Assembly (NCBI RefSeq): GCF_009914755.1
Contig: NC_060936.1
Source of the DNA: the human T2T-CHM13v2.0 reference genome, Homo sapiens
Length of the DNA: 64,000 nt
Strand: one strand, 5' to 3'
Part shown: in pieces, positions 13,590 to 29,330 of the stretch
How the letters are laid out: every line of letters begins with the position of its first letter
Numbering within the stretch: the first letter of the stretch is position 1
Made by a program: the position numbers and the translations under genes
The notes under the pieces: generated by a model
Databases searched by the model: none
Told to the model about the DNA's origin: nothing
Seen by the model: only the letters and a program-made list of their open reading frames with translations

Positions 13590-15090
13590 TTTCACAAATA
13601 TTTTTGAGCACCATCCTACTATGTACCACTTAAGGAGATTATATTGTATTAGACTGATGGAAAAGTAATTGTAATTTTTGCCCTTGATAATAGTAGGAAA
13701 GCAGACACATAGATAAGAAAATAAAATATAATGTAATGAATGCTATCATGGGGTATCTATACAGTTCTTTGGAATGAGTATACCTAACCTAATTTAAATA
13801 AGGAATGCAGCGTTGGATGATCAGGGAGCATACCCCAAAGAATGGAAGTTCTAAACTGAGACCTAAAGACCTGAAGCAGGAATACCCTTGGCAAAGTGCA
13901 TAGTCCCAAGCATAGAAGACAGTATGGGCAAAGGTCTGTGGGCAAAAGAGAACATTTGGGGTAACTACACTATGTCTGGGGGATTGAGACAGGAACCTAA
14001 CAGAAGTGTCTGAAGATATAAAGTAAGACCTATACTTTATGGAAAAAAACTTTGAATATTATCTAAAGGCAGTGGAGAACCAGGAATTTAACCTATGAGA
14101 TGGCACAATTAGATTTGTACTTTAGCAAGATCATTTGCAGTATGGAGATATATCTGTGGGAGGAAGAATAAAAGCAGAGGCCAGTTAGAAGGCTGTTGCA
14201 GTAATTCAGTAGAAACAATGGTAGCCTGAATTAAAAATAGTGGCAGTGGGAATGGAGGGGATTTGATAGATTTAACATAGATGGTAAAATATGCAGTTGG
14301 AAGGTGAGAGGTGAGAAAGAATCAGTGCCACACTCTGCTTTCTCAGTTGTAAATTAATGATAGTGATAGCATTATAGAAAATTTAGGAAAAGGTTAAATA
14401 ATAAACATGAGTTCAATTTTTTGACGTGCTTGAAGTATCTGTTGGATATATGTGAGGGGTCTTTGAATACATGTCTCAGAAGGAAATAAAGATGGCAATT
14501 GAAGCATTTGAATGGATATCATTATACGGAGAGAGTATAGCCTAAAAATAAAATGGGGCCAAGATAGAACTCCAGAGAAGAATCCTGAGATTGAAAAAGA
14601 TGGCAAGGGAAGAGGGGCCCTTGGAAGAGACTGGGGTTTAGCCAAAGGATTGAGAATAAAAACATGGAGAAGGTAATGAATCCAGGGAAAACAAGCCTTT
14701 CGAGAAGGAGGGAATGGATAACAGTGAATAATACTATAGAGAAGTCAGTAAGATATGAACTTCAAAAAGTCCCCCAAATTTAGCATTATGATGCTTTTGA
14801 TGTGCACAGTTCCAGTGAAAGGGTGTTGGGAGAAAGCCATAACGCAGATGGCAAGTAAGTCAACAGAGACTAATCTTTGTCTTCAAGAAGCTCATCTGAT
14901 TAGGGAAGGAGAGAGAGAAGAGTCACTGGAGGGGAATGTAAAAAGTCAGTTTTAAGAATGCTGAAAATATAGAAGAAAAGGGAAACTGATGGCAAGGTAT
15001 TCTAGATAATATGGAAGGATTGGGATCTGGTGCACAGTTCAAGGCGTTGGGTTTGAGAGGAAGAGAACCTCTTCTGTTGTGACAGGTAAG
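13590..15090 (-). mobile_element. L2 LINE remnant
   Basis: ttcacaaatatttttgagcacc...tactatgt (antisense L2 3' end) followed by a purine-rich L2-like body. Confidence 0.7.
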
Positions 15091-16375
15091 AAAGGTACCC
15101 TTACACATACATATATCACCACATATAGGACTGCTCACTCACGTTCAGAATGGGGCCTGAAGTAAAATGGTTGCAATGGCGAAAGAAAGAAGGAACCAGA
15201 TTAGTAGTTTACCCAGGAGGTGGACTAGATCTTATTTCTGATTAGATATTTGTACTTAAAGAATAAGTAGCCAATATTGACTACAGACTGAGTAATCTGA
15301 GTTACTTCGGAATCCAGGAGGAAAAAACATACTTTAGTAGGATGATGATGGTAAAGACAAGTTGTGATTTTGAAGTTCAGGTGGAAATATGAGATACAAG
15401 AACAGGATTAAGATAGAGGTTGGTGATACCTAGTCCTCTCAGCTGTTAGTTCATGAGATAAGAAACTATGCCAATCAGGTTGACTGTTGTCAGAAGCTAG
15501 CACAGTGCCAGATATAGAGTGGGAACTGACTCCTAGGTACTTGTAAAATTGGGAGCACCAACATCTAAAGGAATCTAAAAAGGATCCTGAAGGGAGGGAA
15601 TACTTGATGTCTGGTGTCCCAAAGACCTGCAGAAAAAAAAGAGTTGTAAGACAAAGGAAGTGGTCTGGAATCCAGCAGTGAGGTCAGTGAAATTAAGGAA
15701 TGAATATAATTGTTAGATAAGCCAGTTTCAGGCCATTTTACAGTATCTTGTAGTGATATTATTTGTGAAAAACAAAATATTGGAAGAGTGTCCAATTTGT
15801 CCCTGAAATCCTCTTATATCTCATGCAGTTTATAGAATTGGGAAATACCTATAAATTATGAGAGGAAAGTAGCCTATAGTTTAGAAGATTTGGGGCAAAT
15901 ATATAAATCTATGCCTACAGAAAATGAAAATTGCCCCTTTTGAAAACAGAGTAGAAACTAAAATCAACCAATGGTCAGGAGAAAATATTTGCACCAGGGA
16001 TAACAGAAAAAGAATTATAAATAGTCAAAAACAAAAAAGGAAACTAGAATCCAGTAGATAATTGAAGAAAACAAAAAAGATATTTTACAATGTACAAACT
16101 AAAATTATTAAATAATTATAATGTTCCATTTCACTAGCAAAGATGTATAAATTAAGACCATAATTAGACAGTATTGTTATCAAATTATCAGCAGTTTAAA
16201 AATATATGCTCTCTTACTGTTGACCAGGACTCAGTAAAATAAGCAATCTCATAAAGTATGTAATTGGTGAGACCTTTTAAAACCATTTGACAATATAGAT
16301 TATATCAAATTCTTTAAAATATTTATACTATTAGATATTTTATTCTTAATTCCATCTTTTAAAATGGATTAATTA

Positions 16376-17146
16376 TTTATGCAGACAGCAAACATATGAA
16401 AAAAAGCTCATCACTGGTCATTAAAGAAATGCAAATCAAAACCACAGTGAGATACCATCTCACACCAGTTAGAATGGCCATCATTGAAAAATCAGGAAAC
16501 AACATCCTGGAGAGGATGTGGAGAAATAGGAACACTTTTACACTGTTGGTGGGAGTGTAAATTAGTTCAACCATTGTGGAAGACAGTGTGGCAATCTAGA
16601 ACCAGAAATACCATTTGACCCAGCAATCCCATTAGCGGGTATATACCCAAAGGATTACACATCATTCTACTATAAAGACACATCCATACATATGTTTATT
16701 GCAGCACTATTCACAATAGCAAAGACTGAAGTCAACCCAAATGCCCATCAATGATAGACTGGATTAAGAAAATGTGGCACATATACACCATGGAATACTA
16801 TGCAGCCATCAAAAAGGATGAGTTCATGTCCTTTGCAGGGACATGGATGAAGCTGGAAACCATCATTCTCAGCAAGATAACACAGGAACAGAAAACCAAA
16901 TGCCACATGTTCTCACTCATAATTGGGAGTTGAACAATGAGAACATATGGACACAGGGAGGGGGAAAACACACAGTTGGGCATGTTGAGGGGTGGGGGGG
17001 CTAGGGGAGGGATAGCATTAGGAGAAATACCTAATGTAGATGATGAGTTGATGGGTGCAGTAAACTACCATGGCACGTGTATAGTTATATAACAAAACTG
17101 CACATTCTGCACATGTATCTCAGAACTTAAGGTAAAATTTAAAAAG
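16376..17146 (+). mobile_element. 5'-truncated L1PA (ORF2 C-terminus plus 3' UTR)
   Basis: gagataccatctcacaccagttagaatggc..., the MIDWIKKMWHIYTMEYYAA peptide and a G-rich 3' UTR. Confidence 0.95.
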
Positions 17147-17287
17147 AGATAATTAAAAACCTATTATATAATAAGTTGGTAGATCATAGTATAAAACCAT
17201 GAAAATTGTGTCTCAGTTTTCTATTACATATAATACATTTATTATAATACTCACTGAAAAATAGGATATGAAGAAGACATATAATTA

Positions 17288-17599
17288 CAGTCAGCCTCTC
17301 ATATCCATGGGTTCTGCATCCGTAGGTTCAACCAACTGCAGATTAAAAAAATTTTTTTTAAATGCACTTATACTGAACATGTACAGATTTTTTCTTTCAT
17401 TATTTCCTAAAAAAATTAGTATAACAGTTTATATTATATTGGGCATTATGAGTAATCTATAAATGATTTAATGTACCTAGGAGGATGTTCACAGATTATA
17501 AGCAAATGCCATTTCCTATCAGGGACTTGAGCATCCACCAATTTTTGTATTCAAAGAAGGTCCTGGAACCAATCCCTTATGGGTACTGAGGAACAACTA
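17288..17599. mobile_element. MER2-like TcMar-Tigger DNA transposon remnant
   Basis: ta|cagtcagcctctcatatccatgggttctgcatcc...tactgaggaacaact. Confidence 0.8.
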
Positions 17600-18770
17600 T
17601 GTGTGTAAACTAAAGTCAAAACAAAACAAAAAAATGTGAAAACAGCTACAAGTAAATGCCTTTAAATATTAACCAGTGGTTGTCTTGATAATGGTGGTTG
17701 CAGATTGTCTTTTCTTTGACTTTTTACTTTCTAAATTTCCTATAATGAGTATGTATTATTTTTATAATAAAAGGTCAAAAAATGTTTAAATAAAATTACT
17801 TAAGGTTGTGTTTTGAAGTAAAAAGCATATATAAACAGTAGTAACTGGAGGACAGCAAGAATCAAAGGAAGGCATTTTTCTTAGGTTGATAATATAGGGA
17901 ATTGATGATGCAAGACCCATAGAAGTAGCAAGGAATTGTGGACAAAGGGATTAGTGTTCTGCAGGCAGAAGGTTGCTTCTTCTAATATTGAAAGGAAGGA
18001 ATTACTGGGCAGCCTAACTGGAAACTGATAAGTATCCGTTAATTTATCCAGGTCACCCTTATTCTTCCTACACAAGTTGCTAAAAGAAGGACTTCTGAAG
18101 CTTCCAAGAATAAATGTTACTTTCTCTTCCTCAGTAACAGGAGTAATTCTGAAATGATTTTGCTGAGACAGAACCACTTCCTCTAACATTTGAATTGCAG
18201 TATTTTCAAGTACATCCAGCCAATTTCACCACTATGCTTGTTCTGTTTCTTACACTGAGCTCATGCCAATCTACCAATTTATGCCTTGGGGTTAAAATGG
18301 TTAATAAGAATTGGATCCTTATGATTAAATCTCTCCTTTTTACTCAGGAATTGTTTAGAACTTTGGCTGAGTTTTGATGTAAAATTACTTAGTGTTTATG
18401 AAGTGTTATTGTAGAATTGAGGAAAGCTTTCCAAAATGAGTACTTTAAAAAGTGACCATTGCAAGTATATGTCACTATTTTTAAGAACAGGAAGACTGAG
18501 ATTATTTCTGTTTTAACTAAAAGTTTGCTTATTACAAAAGGATTCTCTCCATATCAGGAGTAGGTGAGTTTCAAGTCTTGGGCTCAGTTGATCATCAGGG
18601 TCACTGAGTCATCACTGTTTTCTGTCACTGTGCTGTCCAACATCTGGCCTGGTCACTAAGGAAACCAGATCAGTAGCTGGGGTTTTGCTAGAAAGGAGAC
18701 CCAATGCAGTGTGTAGCAATGCCAAATCTTCCCTTTGTTTGAGTGTGTCTTATAACTTTTGTATAATTAT

Positions 18771-20560
<1,790 letters not shown>

Positions 20561-21770
20561 AACTTTTGTATAATTATAAGGCTATTTATGAAAATGGAGT
20601 CTGCTCATGGATTCAATGGCCAATCCCCTCATGTGAAGTAAGTGTTCCTCTAATTGTAGCAACTATGGAAGAGTTGGCCTAAGTTCAGGTTTCAAGGGCT
20701 GAAGTCATTTTAGAAACATAAGGTCGCATAAGAAGCAATAGGAACTTTACTAAGTAACAGAGTTTTAGATACCCAAAGCATCCAGATTTTACGCTTTCCA
20801 GAGACCTGGCTTCAACATCTGTTTAAATTGAAAACTAGAGTCATTTCACTAATTACAACAGTAACTTTTAAAGAAGAAAGACATGTTAGATATATCATCC
20901 ACAACATATTCTGAATGACACATGCTAAGCTTGTATGTATGTGTGTCTGCACGTACATGCACAGAGTATTCAAAATAGGTTTTGCACCATGCTTTATTCA
21001 TTTTCCAAACAACTTGCAAATATGTAGACTTTTTATGTACAAACATCTATAACAAAAGAATATTTCAAAGTAATAAATTGACTTTAAATTTTCAGGTTTT
21101 TAAACTACAGAATTGTTCTGAGTTGATTACTGCGATTTAGGTTTTAAGAGGTGTCTCCCTCTGGTGTACTGTCAATCAAGTTTATGAAGCCAACAAGCCC
21201 TAAACCAAAAATGGAGCAGTCTAAAAGATCAAGTCCATGGAGGAAGGCTTTAAAACAACTAGTCTTCAGTGTAACTCTGATATGTATGAAATACTATAGT
21301 AGCTTACACAAAGCAAGCTCAGTTTTATGTAAATGAAAATTCAGGTTCAAAAACACTCAATATAATTTATAAATTCTCCATATGGATAAGAGTGGTATAA
21401 AAACAATTAGACTTTAATCCTGAAAAGACAGATAGGGAACAGATGTTTTTATATTAGAAAAATTCTACAGTCTACCAAAAAATAACTCTCTGATTTTTCT
21501 AATTAAAAACTCAAAAACAAACCCTATAAATGGTGATTGATTTTAAGTATTTTTTTCAAAATAGATGGGTTTGAAACCTAAGCAGGAAAAACAGTTAATC
21601 TGTGACTGACATTACTTTTCTTACTGACATTAGTTTTCTTACAGATTTAGCTCTCATAAGTTAGTATTTTTTTTTCTTTCTTGTGATAAAATGTTTAGCA
21701 CAGATGGAACTGGTTGGCCAAAGTTTGGTCTCTTTAAATAATAAGTACACGTTCCATATTTCTTTCACAG

Positions 21771-21903
21771 GTATAGAAGAAGACCCTATCCACAAAGATA
21801 CCACTGCAAATGAAAAATTAGAACGGAATAGAGAATATACATACCAATGGCTTCACACACAGGTTGGGGTTCATGAAACGACTAGTTCCAGAAATATGAA
21901 ATG
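21771..21903 (+). CDS. LRRIQ1: Internal coding exon (133 nt, phase 1 to phase 2), C-terminal region of LRRIQ1
   Basis: Acceptor atatttctttcacag ends at 21770 and donor gtgagg starts at 21904. Open frame IEEDPIHKD...SSRNMK plus TG joins in frame to the next exon. Gene identity recalled from the peptide. Confidence 0.88.
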
Positions 21904-22274
21904 GTGAGGTCATTTCCTCTAAATTAGATTTTTGTATTGTAAACACATCTTGAAAATTGAAACCTAGGTTAATTGTGCTAAAACAAACATGACTTTATTG
22001 CCAAAGGCCAATACGCTACGTTGCCGGGTAATACAAAGGCCTTTCATATAGAATAGATTTAATTACTCCTTCTATTTTTCACCCTGAAATGTTTGGGAAC
22101 AACTCTATTCTGTAATACTTGAAACCAACAGATGAGCCACAAAAATAATTCTACTCTATAAAGTAAAAAATGTGGTATTCATTAAATGTTTTTAGATATC
22201 ATGTATATTATAGGTTGTGCTTTATTTTGCTTTATTTTTGTTATTTATAAGTTTGACAGTTAAAATTATAATTC

Positions 22275-22465
22275 AACCCTGTGGCTGTCACTTTACCAGT
22301 CATGTAATTCATTTCACTGATGCCCCAAAGCTTCAGTTTCCTCTTTAATAGAGAGAGAATAATTCTAACTCATGGCGTACAGGTGAGCTACAAGGTTGAA
22401 GATATCAAATGTTTATATTCTCTAGCAACAAGGTACCTTAAATCTAAAAGTTGCTTAATTAATTT
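22275..22465 (+). mobile_element. MIR fragment
   Basis: gcttcagtttcctc...taatagagagagaataat core-like sequence. Confidence 0.55.
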
Positions 22466-22481
22466 TTGTTATATTAATGTA

Positions 22482-22861
22482 TGTACCATTTTGCTAGGGC
22501 TGCCATAACAAAATACCAGATTGGGTAGTTTAAACAAGGGAAAATTATTTTATCTCACTCAGCTCCAGAGGCTACAAGTTCAAGATCAAGGTGTCAGCAG
22601 GTTTAGTATCTTTGGAGACCTTCTCCTTTGTTTGCAGATGGCTACTTTCTTGCTGTATCCTCACAAGGATGTGGACTGTGTTGTCTTTGTTCTAATCTTC
22701 TCTTCCTATAAGGACACCAGTGATATTGGATTAAGGCACACCTATATGATCTTATCTACCTTATTACCTCTTTCCAATCTCTAAGTACAGCCATATTCTG
22801 AGGTACTAGGGGTTAGAACTTCAATATATGAATTTTAGGGGACAGAATCCAGCCCCTAACA
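22482..22861 (-). mobile_element. MLT1-type ERVL-MaLR solo LTR
   Basis: gctagggctgccataacaaaatacca...cagcccctaaca. Confidence 0.88.
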
Positions 22862-23021
22862 ATATGATATAAAGCATATACGCATCCTGAACCAAAGATT
22901 TAAGGAAATAAAAGTCCAGAGATGATATTTTTACATAGGTTTTCAAGATTTTTGTTTTAGCTACATATATCCACAAAGGAGTAAAAGTGTTATTATAGGC
23001 ATTTATTAAAAATGTAAGCTT

Positions 23022-23411
<390 letters not shown>

Positions 23412-23723
23412 CTATCATTATTACAGTTAAAACTTAGTTTAACAGCAAGTCAAAATAGGTTTAAAACAAATCTCGTTTAATAATATATATAAACCTAACT
23501 TTAATATGTGATCAATTATATCCATTTAATTCATTTAAAAATGTGAAAAATCATATGGAAATGAAAATAAAACTTTGTGATCTGAATTATGTCAGATTGT
23601 AATGTGAACAGAAAAGTAGGAATAAAGGCATCAATATTTGAGAATTTTTATCTTACTAAGTATTCAAATTAATGTAAGCACAATTTATTTTATGTTGTTA
23701 TTAAGCGATTTAATTAATAGGGT

Positions 23724-24165
23724 AGTATTTTATTCTGTTTTGTGTTGCTATAACAGAATAGCTCAGACTGGGTAATTAATTAAAAAAAGAGGTTTAGTTA
23801 GCTCATGGTTCTGCAGGCTGAGTTGTTCAAGGAACATGGCACCAGAATCTGCTTGGTGTCTGATGCCAGGTCACAACATGGTGGAAGGTAAATGGGGAAA
23901 TAGACACACATGAAGGGGCAAAACCCAAGGGGTATACTGGCTTTTCAACAACCCATTCTCATGGGAACTAATCCAGTCCTGCCAGAACTAATCCAGGCTA
24001 ACAAGAACAAGAACGAACTCACTGCAAGAATAGCACCAAGGCAATCATGAGAGGTAACCACCCTCATGACCCAAACACCTCTCCACTAGTTTCCAGCACC
24101 CAACGTTGCTACATTGGGGATCAAATTTCAACATGAGTTTTGGTGAGACTACATCCAAACCATAA
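23724..24165 (-). mobile_element. MST-type ERVL-MaLR solo LTR
   Basis: gtgttgctataacagaata...gggatcaaatttcaacatgag...ccaaaccata. Confidence 0.88.
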
Positions 24166-24949
24166 GAGAAAGCATCCTTAGAACTATAAACCAACGTACA
24201 ATGATAGGATTCATAACTTACTATTTCTATTAACCAGATATAAGAGGTCTTGTTCAGAAAATTGAAAACATTAGAACAGATGTAAAGAAAAATATAAGAA
24301 AAATGTTTCATGATGAAATTTTGATATACTTAAATATTTAACAATAACCCTTACTCATAAATAAGTTATATATAAAATTTTAAACAATAAGCAATTGTTA
24401 ATAAACTTTCTCCTTTGAAAATATAATATATTAAATAGGTAGTCATATTTTAAGAAAAAAATTATTTTCAAAGACAAGAGTTCTTGAAAAGCCAAATATC
24501 ATTGTTCTAGTTTTAAACAGAATTTTATTTTGAATATTAGTATAACACATTAAACACACTAGAGCTATTTTAAAAGTAGGAAACTTTACTTTTTGAAAAG
24601 ACGACTAAAACATGTAAGCAAATACAAATAAAATGTTGAAGAATTCTATAATTTGTTAACCATCTTTACTAGTACTAATCAATTGTGGCTCTTTGCATGT
24701 GTTTATGTTTGACAAAGAAGAGTGGTATTGAAGTGTTATTAGAAATTGAGTTTTATCTCAAATTGATTTTTTTAAATTAGAGAAAGATGTACATTTGTAC
24801 TTATTTTTACTTATAACCTAATTTAAGAAAACTGTTGTTTCCATTTTGTAAATAACGAATTTCTCTCAAGCTTTTTAGTTGGACGTTTCTTTTATATGCT
24901 TCCTCTACATTTACATTATAAAATACTTTCTGTTTTTGTCACTATGCAG

Positions 24950-25010
24950 CAATCACTTTTTGCCTGAGTTAGATCCAGATGTACTTAATGGTGGAAGAGT
25001 TCAGCTTGTG
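24950..25010 (+). CDS. LRRIQ1: Internal coding exon (61 nt, phase 2 to phase 0), not in the ORF track
   Basis: Acceptor tgtttttgtcactatgcag and donor gtaaga at 25011. Reads (TG)C N H F L P E L D P D V L N G G R V Q L V. Phases fit both neighbouring exons exactly. Confidence 0.88.
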
Positions 25011-26202
25011 GTAAGAAATGTGCTTAAAGTTACAGAAAAATGTTGTAGACACTAGTGCTCAAATAAATGGCACTTTAAGATATGTTTATAATTAAACTAT
25101 GAAAATATCACAACTGTATCTATTTGGGATAATATCAAAATATCATGTGTTAAAATAATAACATGTTTTCTTGACTTGTAATACAATTTAAAATGTGACA
25201 TTGCTTAAAAATGTTAATTTTATGTGACAGATGTAAAAATATTAGCATCCTACAACTTTAAAATAAAATTACTGTGGATGGAAAATTGAAACTTTTTTCT
25301 TGGATATTTTAGAAGAGTAGAATTTGTAGGCTATAACTGGAGGAAATACCAAAGCACCCTCATTACTCAGAAAATCCAACCATATAAAAAATTAACAAAT
25401 AATTGTGAGCTCAACCACTCTATGTAATAAAGTGTAAAATATTGAAGCTTTTGGTACAACCAGGTTTTCAACATAATGATCAGAATAAAGACGCTATGCA
25501 GTATAACTGTATGTGCATTGCTAAAGTCAATTGCACTATATGCTACTAGATAAGCAGAAGGAGAATGGTCAATTTGGAGTCTAGGAAAACTGATCACATA
25601 AAATAAGAATTTTTCAGTGCGTTTCTAGAAATTTCCAGAGAAGAGAGTATTCTGACCAGTGACAGAAGTGTGTGGCCTTTTTGGTAGGTGAAAATGGATG
25701 CATCAGGTGACCCTAAGTTTACAACCAATCATTACCCCTTGCTCAGATTCTGCATTCACCAAAAACTGATTATAATTTAGCTTGGCTTATAGAATTTTAT
25801 ATTAAAAGATCATGTGATTCTTGAATGAAATGAGTATTATGATTTCCAGACCAGTTATATTCATCATTTTCATGAACAACTCATGCAAGGAGTTCTCCTG
25901 AAAGAGAAGCAAATATTAAGGTAGTCGCTAGCTAAATTGCGTGTGTTTTGGAAAATATTTTTGGAATCTAAGCACAGATTTGAGGTAACTACTCAGCAAA
26001 TATCTTCTTGCATTTTAATAGAGACCTCTCTAAGAAAGTGGCCTGTAGATTATCCAAGGAAAATTGCTAATTTAGGCCATTAACACTACACATATTATTG
26101 ATTAACACTTTGGCACAGATTGGTTAGTGGCCACCTTAGAGCAAGAATTGAGATCATAAATCTGCCAAGGAATGCAAGGATAAAGAAGTGATATAATATT
26201 TT

Positions 26203-26503
26203 GGTCAAGCATGGTGGTTCAGGCCTGTAATCTCAGCACTTTTGGAGGCTGAGGCAGACAGACTTCTTGAGCCCAAGAGTTCAAGACCACTCTGGGTAAC
26301 ATGGCAAAACCCCATCTCTACCCCCAAAAATACAAAAAAAAATAGCTGAGCATGGGGGTGCACACCTGTAGCCCCAGCTACTTGGGAGGCTTAGGTGGGA
26401 AGATCATTTGAGCCTAGAAGATGGAAATTGCCGTGACTTGAGATTGCACAACTGTACTCCAGATTGGATGTCAGAGTGAGACTCTCTTTCAAAAAACAAA
26501 AAA
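26203..26503 (+). mobile_element. AluJ-like
   Basis: Diverged two-arm Alu flanked on both sides by tataatattt. Confidence 0.93.
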
Positions 26504-27564
26504 GTTATAATATTTAATTTTTCCATGTTTAAAAAGGAATGGAAACTGATTGGATAGATTACTGATCATAATAGGTTTATGAGATTAATGCAAGGATATT
26601 AATCCTTTTTCCATACTCCTCTATCTTCCACTATATACAAATAAATAATATACATTACAATGATACATTTTGTTTTCACATTGAAGAGCTAGATACAACT
26701 GAACACAAAAACAAGGTAAATGGTAGTAGAATAGAAATATCCAGATGTCTCTTTTTTTAATTGAGTGGATGCAGGGAAAGGCATCAGTGGCTTTTATCAA
26801 AAGGATACAGAGCTGACTAAAGGACCAGAGTAGGTATCTAGAAGAGTATTGGAGAATGAAAGCACCCCACTTGCCCACTTGTGCCAGGGAACTGGAGGCA
26901 GATAATTACACAATCGGTACAAGGCTATAACTAGGAGGAAAACTGAAAGTAAAAACAGAAAGAAAAAACCACTGCAACTGTTACTAGTATAAGATTCTTA
27001 AAAATGTAGTAATAACACCCACAATTAAAGGACAGAAAATTATGAAGCGAAAGTTATCAAATGTTAGAAAAGACAGATGGGTATGCAAGCAAACCAATTA
27101 TAAACTCTGGAAATAAAACATTTCATTTATATACACTAGACTGGACTCTATAAAAGATAAATTTAGTAAATCAGAAGATTATCTACAAAGAAACAATAAT
27201 TAGACTGACAGCTAACTTCATATCGGAAGCAATGAATGCCAAAAGACAGTGGATTTTATTTCTTAGTTATAGGGATGAGTATCATCCAGAATACTCTTTA
27301 GTAACCTTCAATAGTGAGGCAAGAATAAGGCATAATCAAACATTTAAATTCTGGATATTGAGGAAACTAGTAAATAACATTTCTGTCTTTCAAGGAAGAG
27401 CAAAGCATATTGCATGATAGGAATTAGAAAAATGGAAACAAAATATCATTTTCTTTACATCCAAAAATATATCAGAAGTCACGTCAAATATATAGACAAT
27501 TTTATATTTAATTGACTAAATGGATCCCCTCAAACTCTGGAATTTTCCTGCAGAAGACAGAATT

Positions 27565-27950
27565 ATAATTCAGGTTTCCCAGGAAACATACTCTGATAGT
27601 TTTATGTTTGAATGCAGAGAGTTTATTCAGCAGAGCTTTCCAAAACGACTCCTGTGAGAGATGAAAGAAGCAGAAAGGAACAGAGGAAAATGGTGACCTT
27701 CAATAGAGATGCATCAAAGAAAGTGAGGTCTGGAGACGGGGAAGACCCTTTTGGGTTGTCCTAGCTTGAGGCAAGAGGACTAGGCGTTAATAGTCCTGTA
27801 TCTCCTCAGGAGAAAGTATGACTTTGATAAGGCAGTTCTCTTCAGCGAAGGATAATTTCCAGAGAGGGATTTGGCTGAGACCCCTCAGGCTGCAGTTTTC
27901 TCAGTGACTATCTCTGACTCAGTTGTTAAATATGATCTAGGTAGGGTATG
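27565..27950. mobile_element. Old ERVL LTR (LTR16-like)
   Basis: ggtttcccaggaaacatactctga...agagagtttatt motif typical of this group. Confidence 0.5.
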
Positions 27951-27989
27951 ATAATATCAAGGCAAGTTTAGTATTCATGAGTGCAACAA

Positions 27990-29077
27990 CTTAGTCTAGA
28001 AAATGTGTCAGTTGTACCCAAATAAGTCTATACATTAGAAGAAATCTCATCCAATATTACAATGGTTGTTGCAAGCCTGATAAATCTCATCTTAAAATGT
28101 GTATTGAGGATTAAAAACCCAAGAATATGTGGGTCAACTTTGAAAAAGAATAGTAAGTTGTGTCACAAGACATAAAGGCTTAGTAAAAAGCTAAAGCAAA
28201 CTTCATGGTTCTGGCACAGGAATGGATGAATAGACCAATAGAAATGAATAGCAAGGTCAGGAATAGATCTATGACTCTGTACTATAAAGATTGGAAAGCT
28301 GAGATTGTTTACTAAATGGCATTGAAAAAGTGCAGGAGTATGAATGCACACCTTTTACAACAGTGGACAGAATTCAGAAGGTTCAAAGATCCAAATATGA
28401 AAGGTAAAGCTGTAAAACAGGTAAAACAAGGAATAATATCTTTGCAACTTAGCAGTTAAAAATACATTTTTAAAAAGGTATGAATAGTACAAACTATATG
28501 GCAAAAATATCAGTTGACTCTGTTAAATTAAATATCTCTTTCTATTAAGGATTTTATAGAAAAGGTTAACAGGTATATGACTGCTGTTTTCAGTGCCTCA
28601 TTTAACAGAGCTTAATATCTAAATACAGAAAGATCTCTTTCAGGTAACCCAATGAATACATTAGAAAAATAATATAAATTGGTGGTTCACAGAGATGATG
28701 CCTAAATGGGCAAGTGTATGTGAAGAGATGCTCGGTTTCCAGATGAGAGGAATGAAAATGAAAATTAAGTTGTCTTATGACAATACTAATCAAATGGCAA
28801 AAATTGGAAAACTGGATATTGCAGAAGGATGTCACCAATGTGAAAATCCTTGTGTACAGTTGGTGAAAGTAGAAGCTGGTACAGTCATTCTGGAAAGAAA
28901 CTTGTCAGTGTTTATTAAAGTAGGTATTTGAATACCCTATTAGTCTGCAAGCCCGTTCTTGGAGGAAAAAAAGATACATATTTTTGGATACATATATATA
29001 TTTGGATATATATATATGTATTTCTGGATATATGTATCTTTTTGATGTATATATATTTCTGGATATATGTATGTGTA

Positions 29078-29110
<33 letters not shown>

Positions 29111-29330
29111 CTCCCAGATTATTTTTACATACAGCCATCAAAGAATATATACCAAGAAGTGTGTTGCTGTATTATTTATACACATATAGAGGCAACTTAA
29201 GAACTCTTTATTAAATAAATGAATAATTGGTTGGATATATATTATGAAACACAGTACTGCAGGCAAGAGGAGTAGATTAAAACCATGCAGAAAATAGATA
29301 TATTTAAATTACATATTATTGTGTTTAAAA
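27990..29330 (+). mobile_element. Degraded L1ME-like ORF2/3' fragment containing a TA/GGATA low-complexity tract at 28975-29110
   Basis: ggttctggcacaggaat...gaccaatagaa and caaatggcaaaaatt motifs. Confidence 0.6.

Noticed and set aside
21683-21770. N-terminal part of ORF 21683..21907
   Set aside because: Intronic sequence upstream of the acceptor at 21770. Only 21771-21903 is exon.
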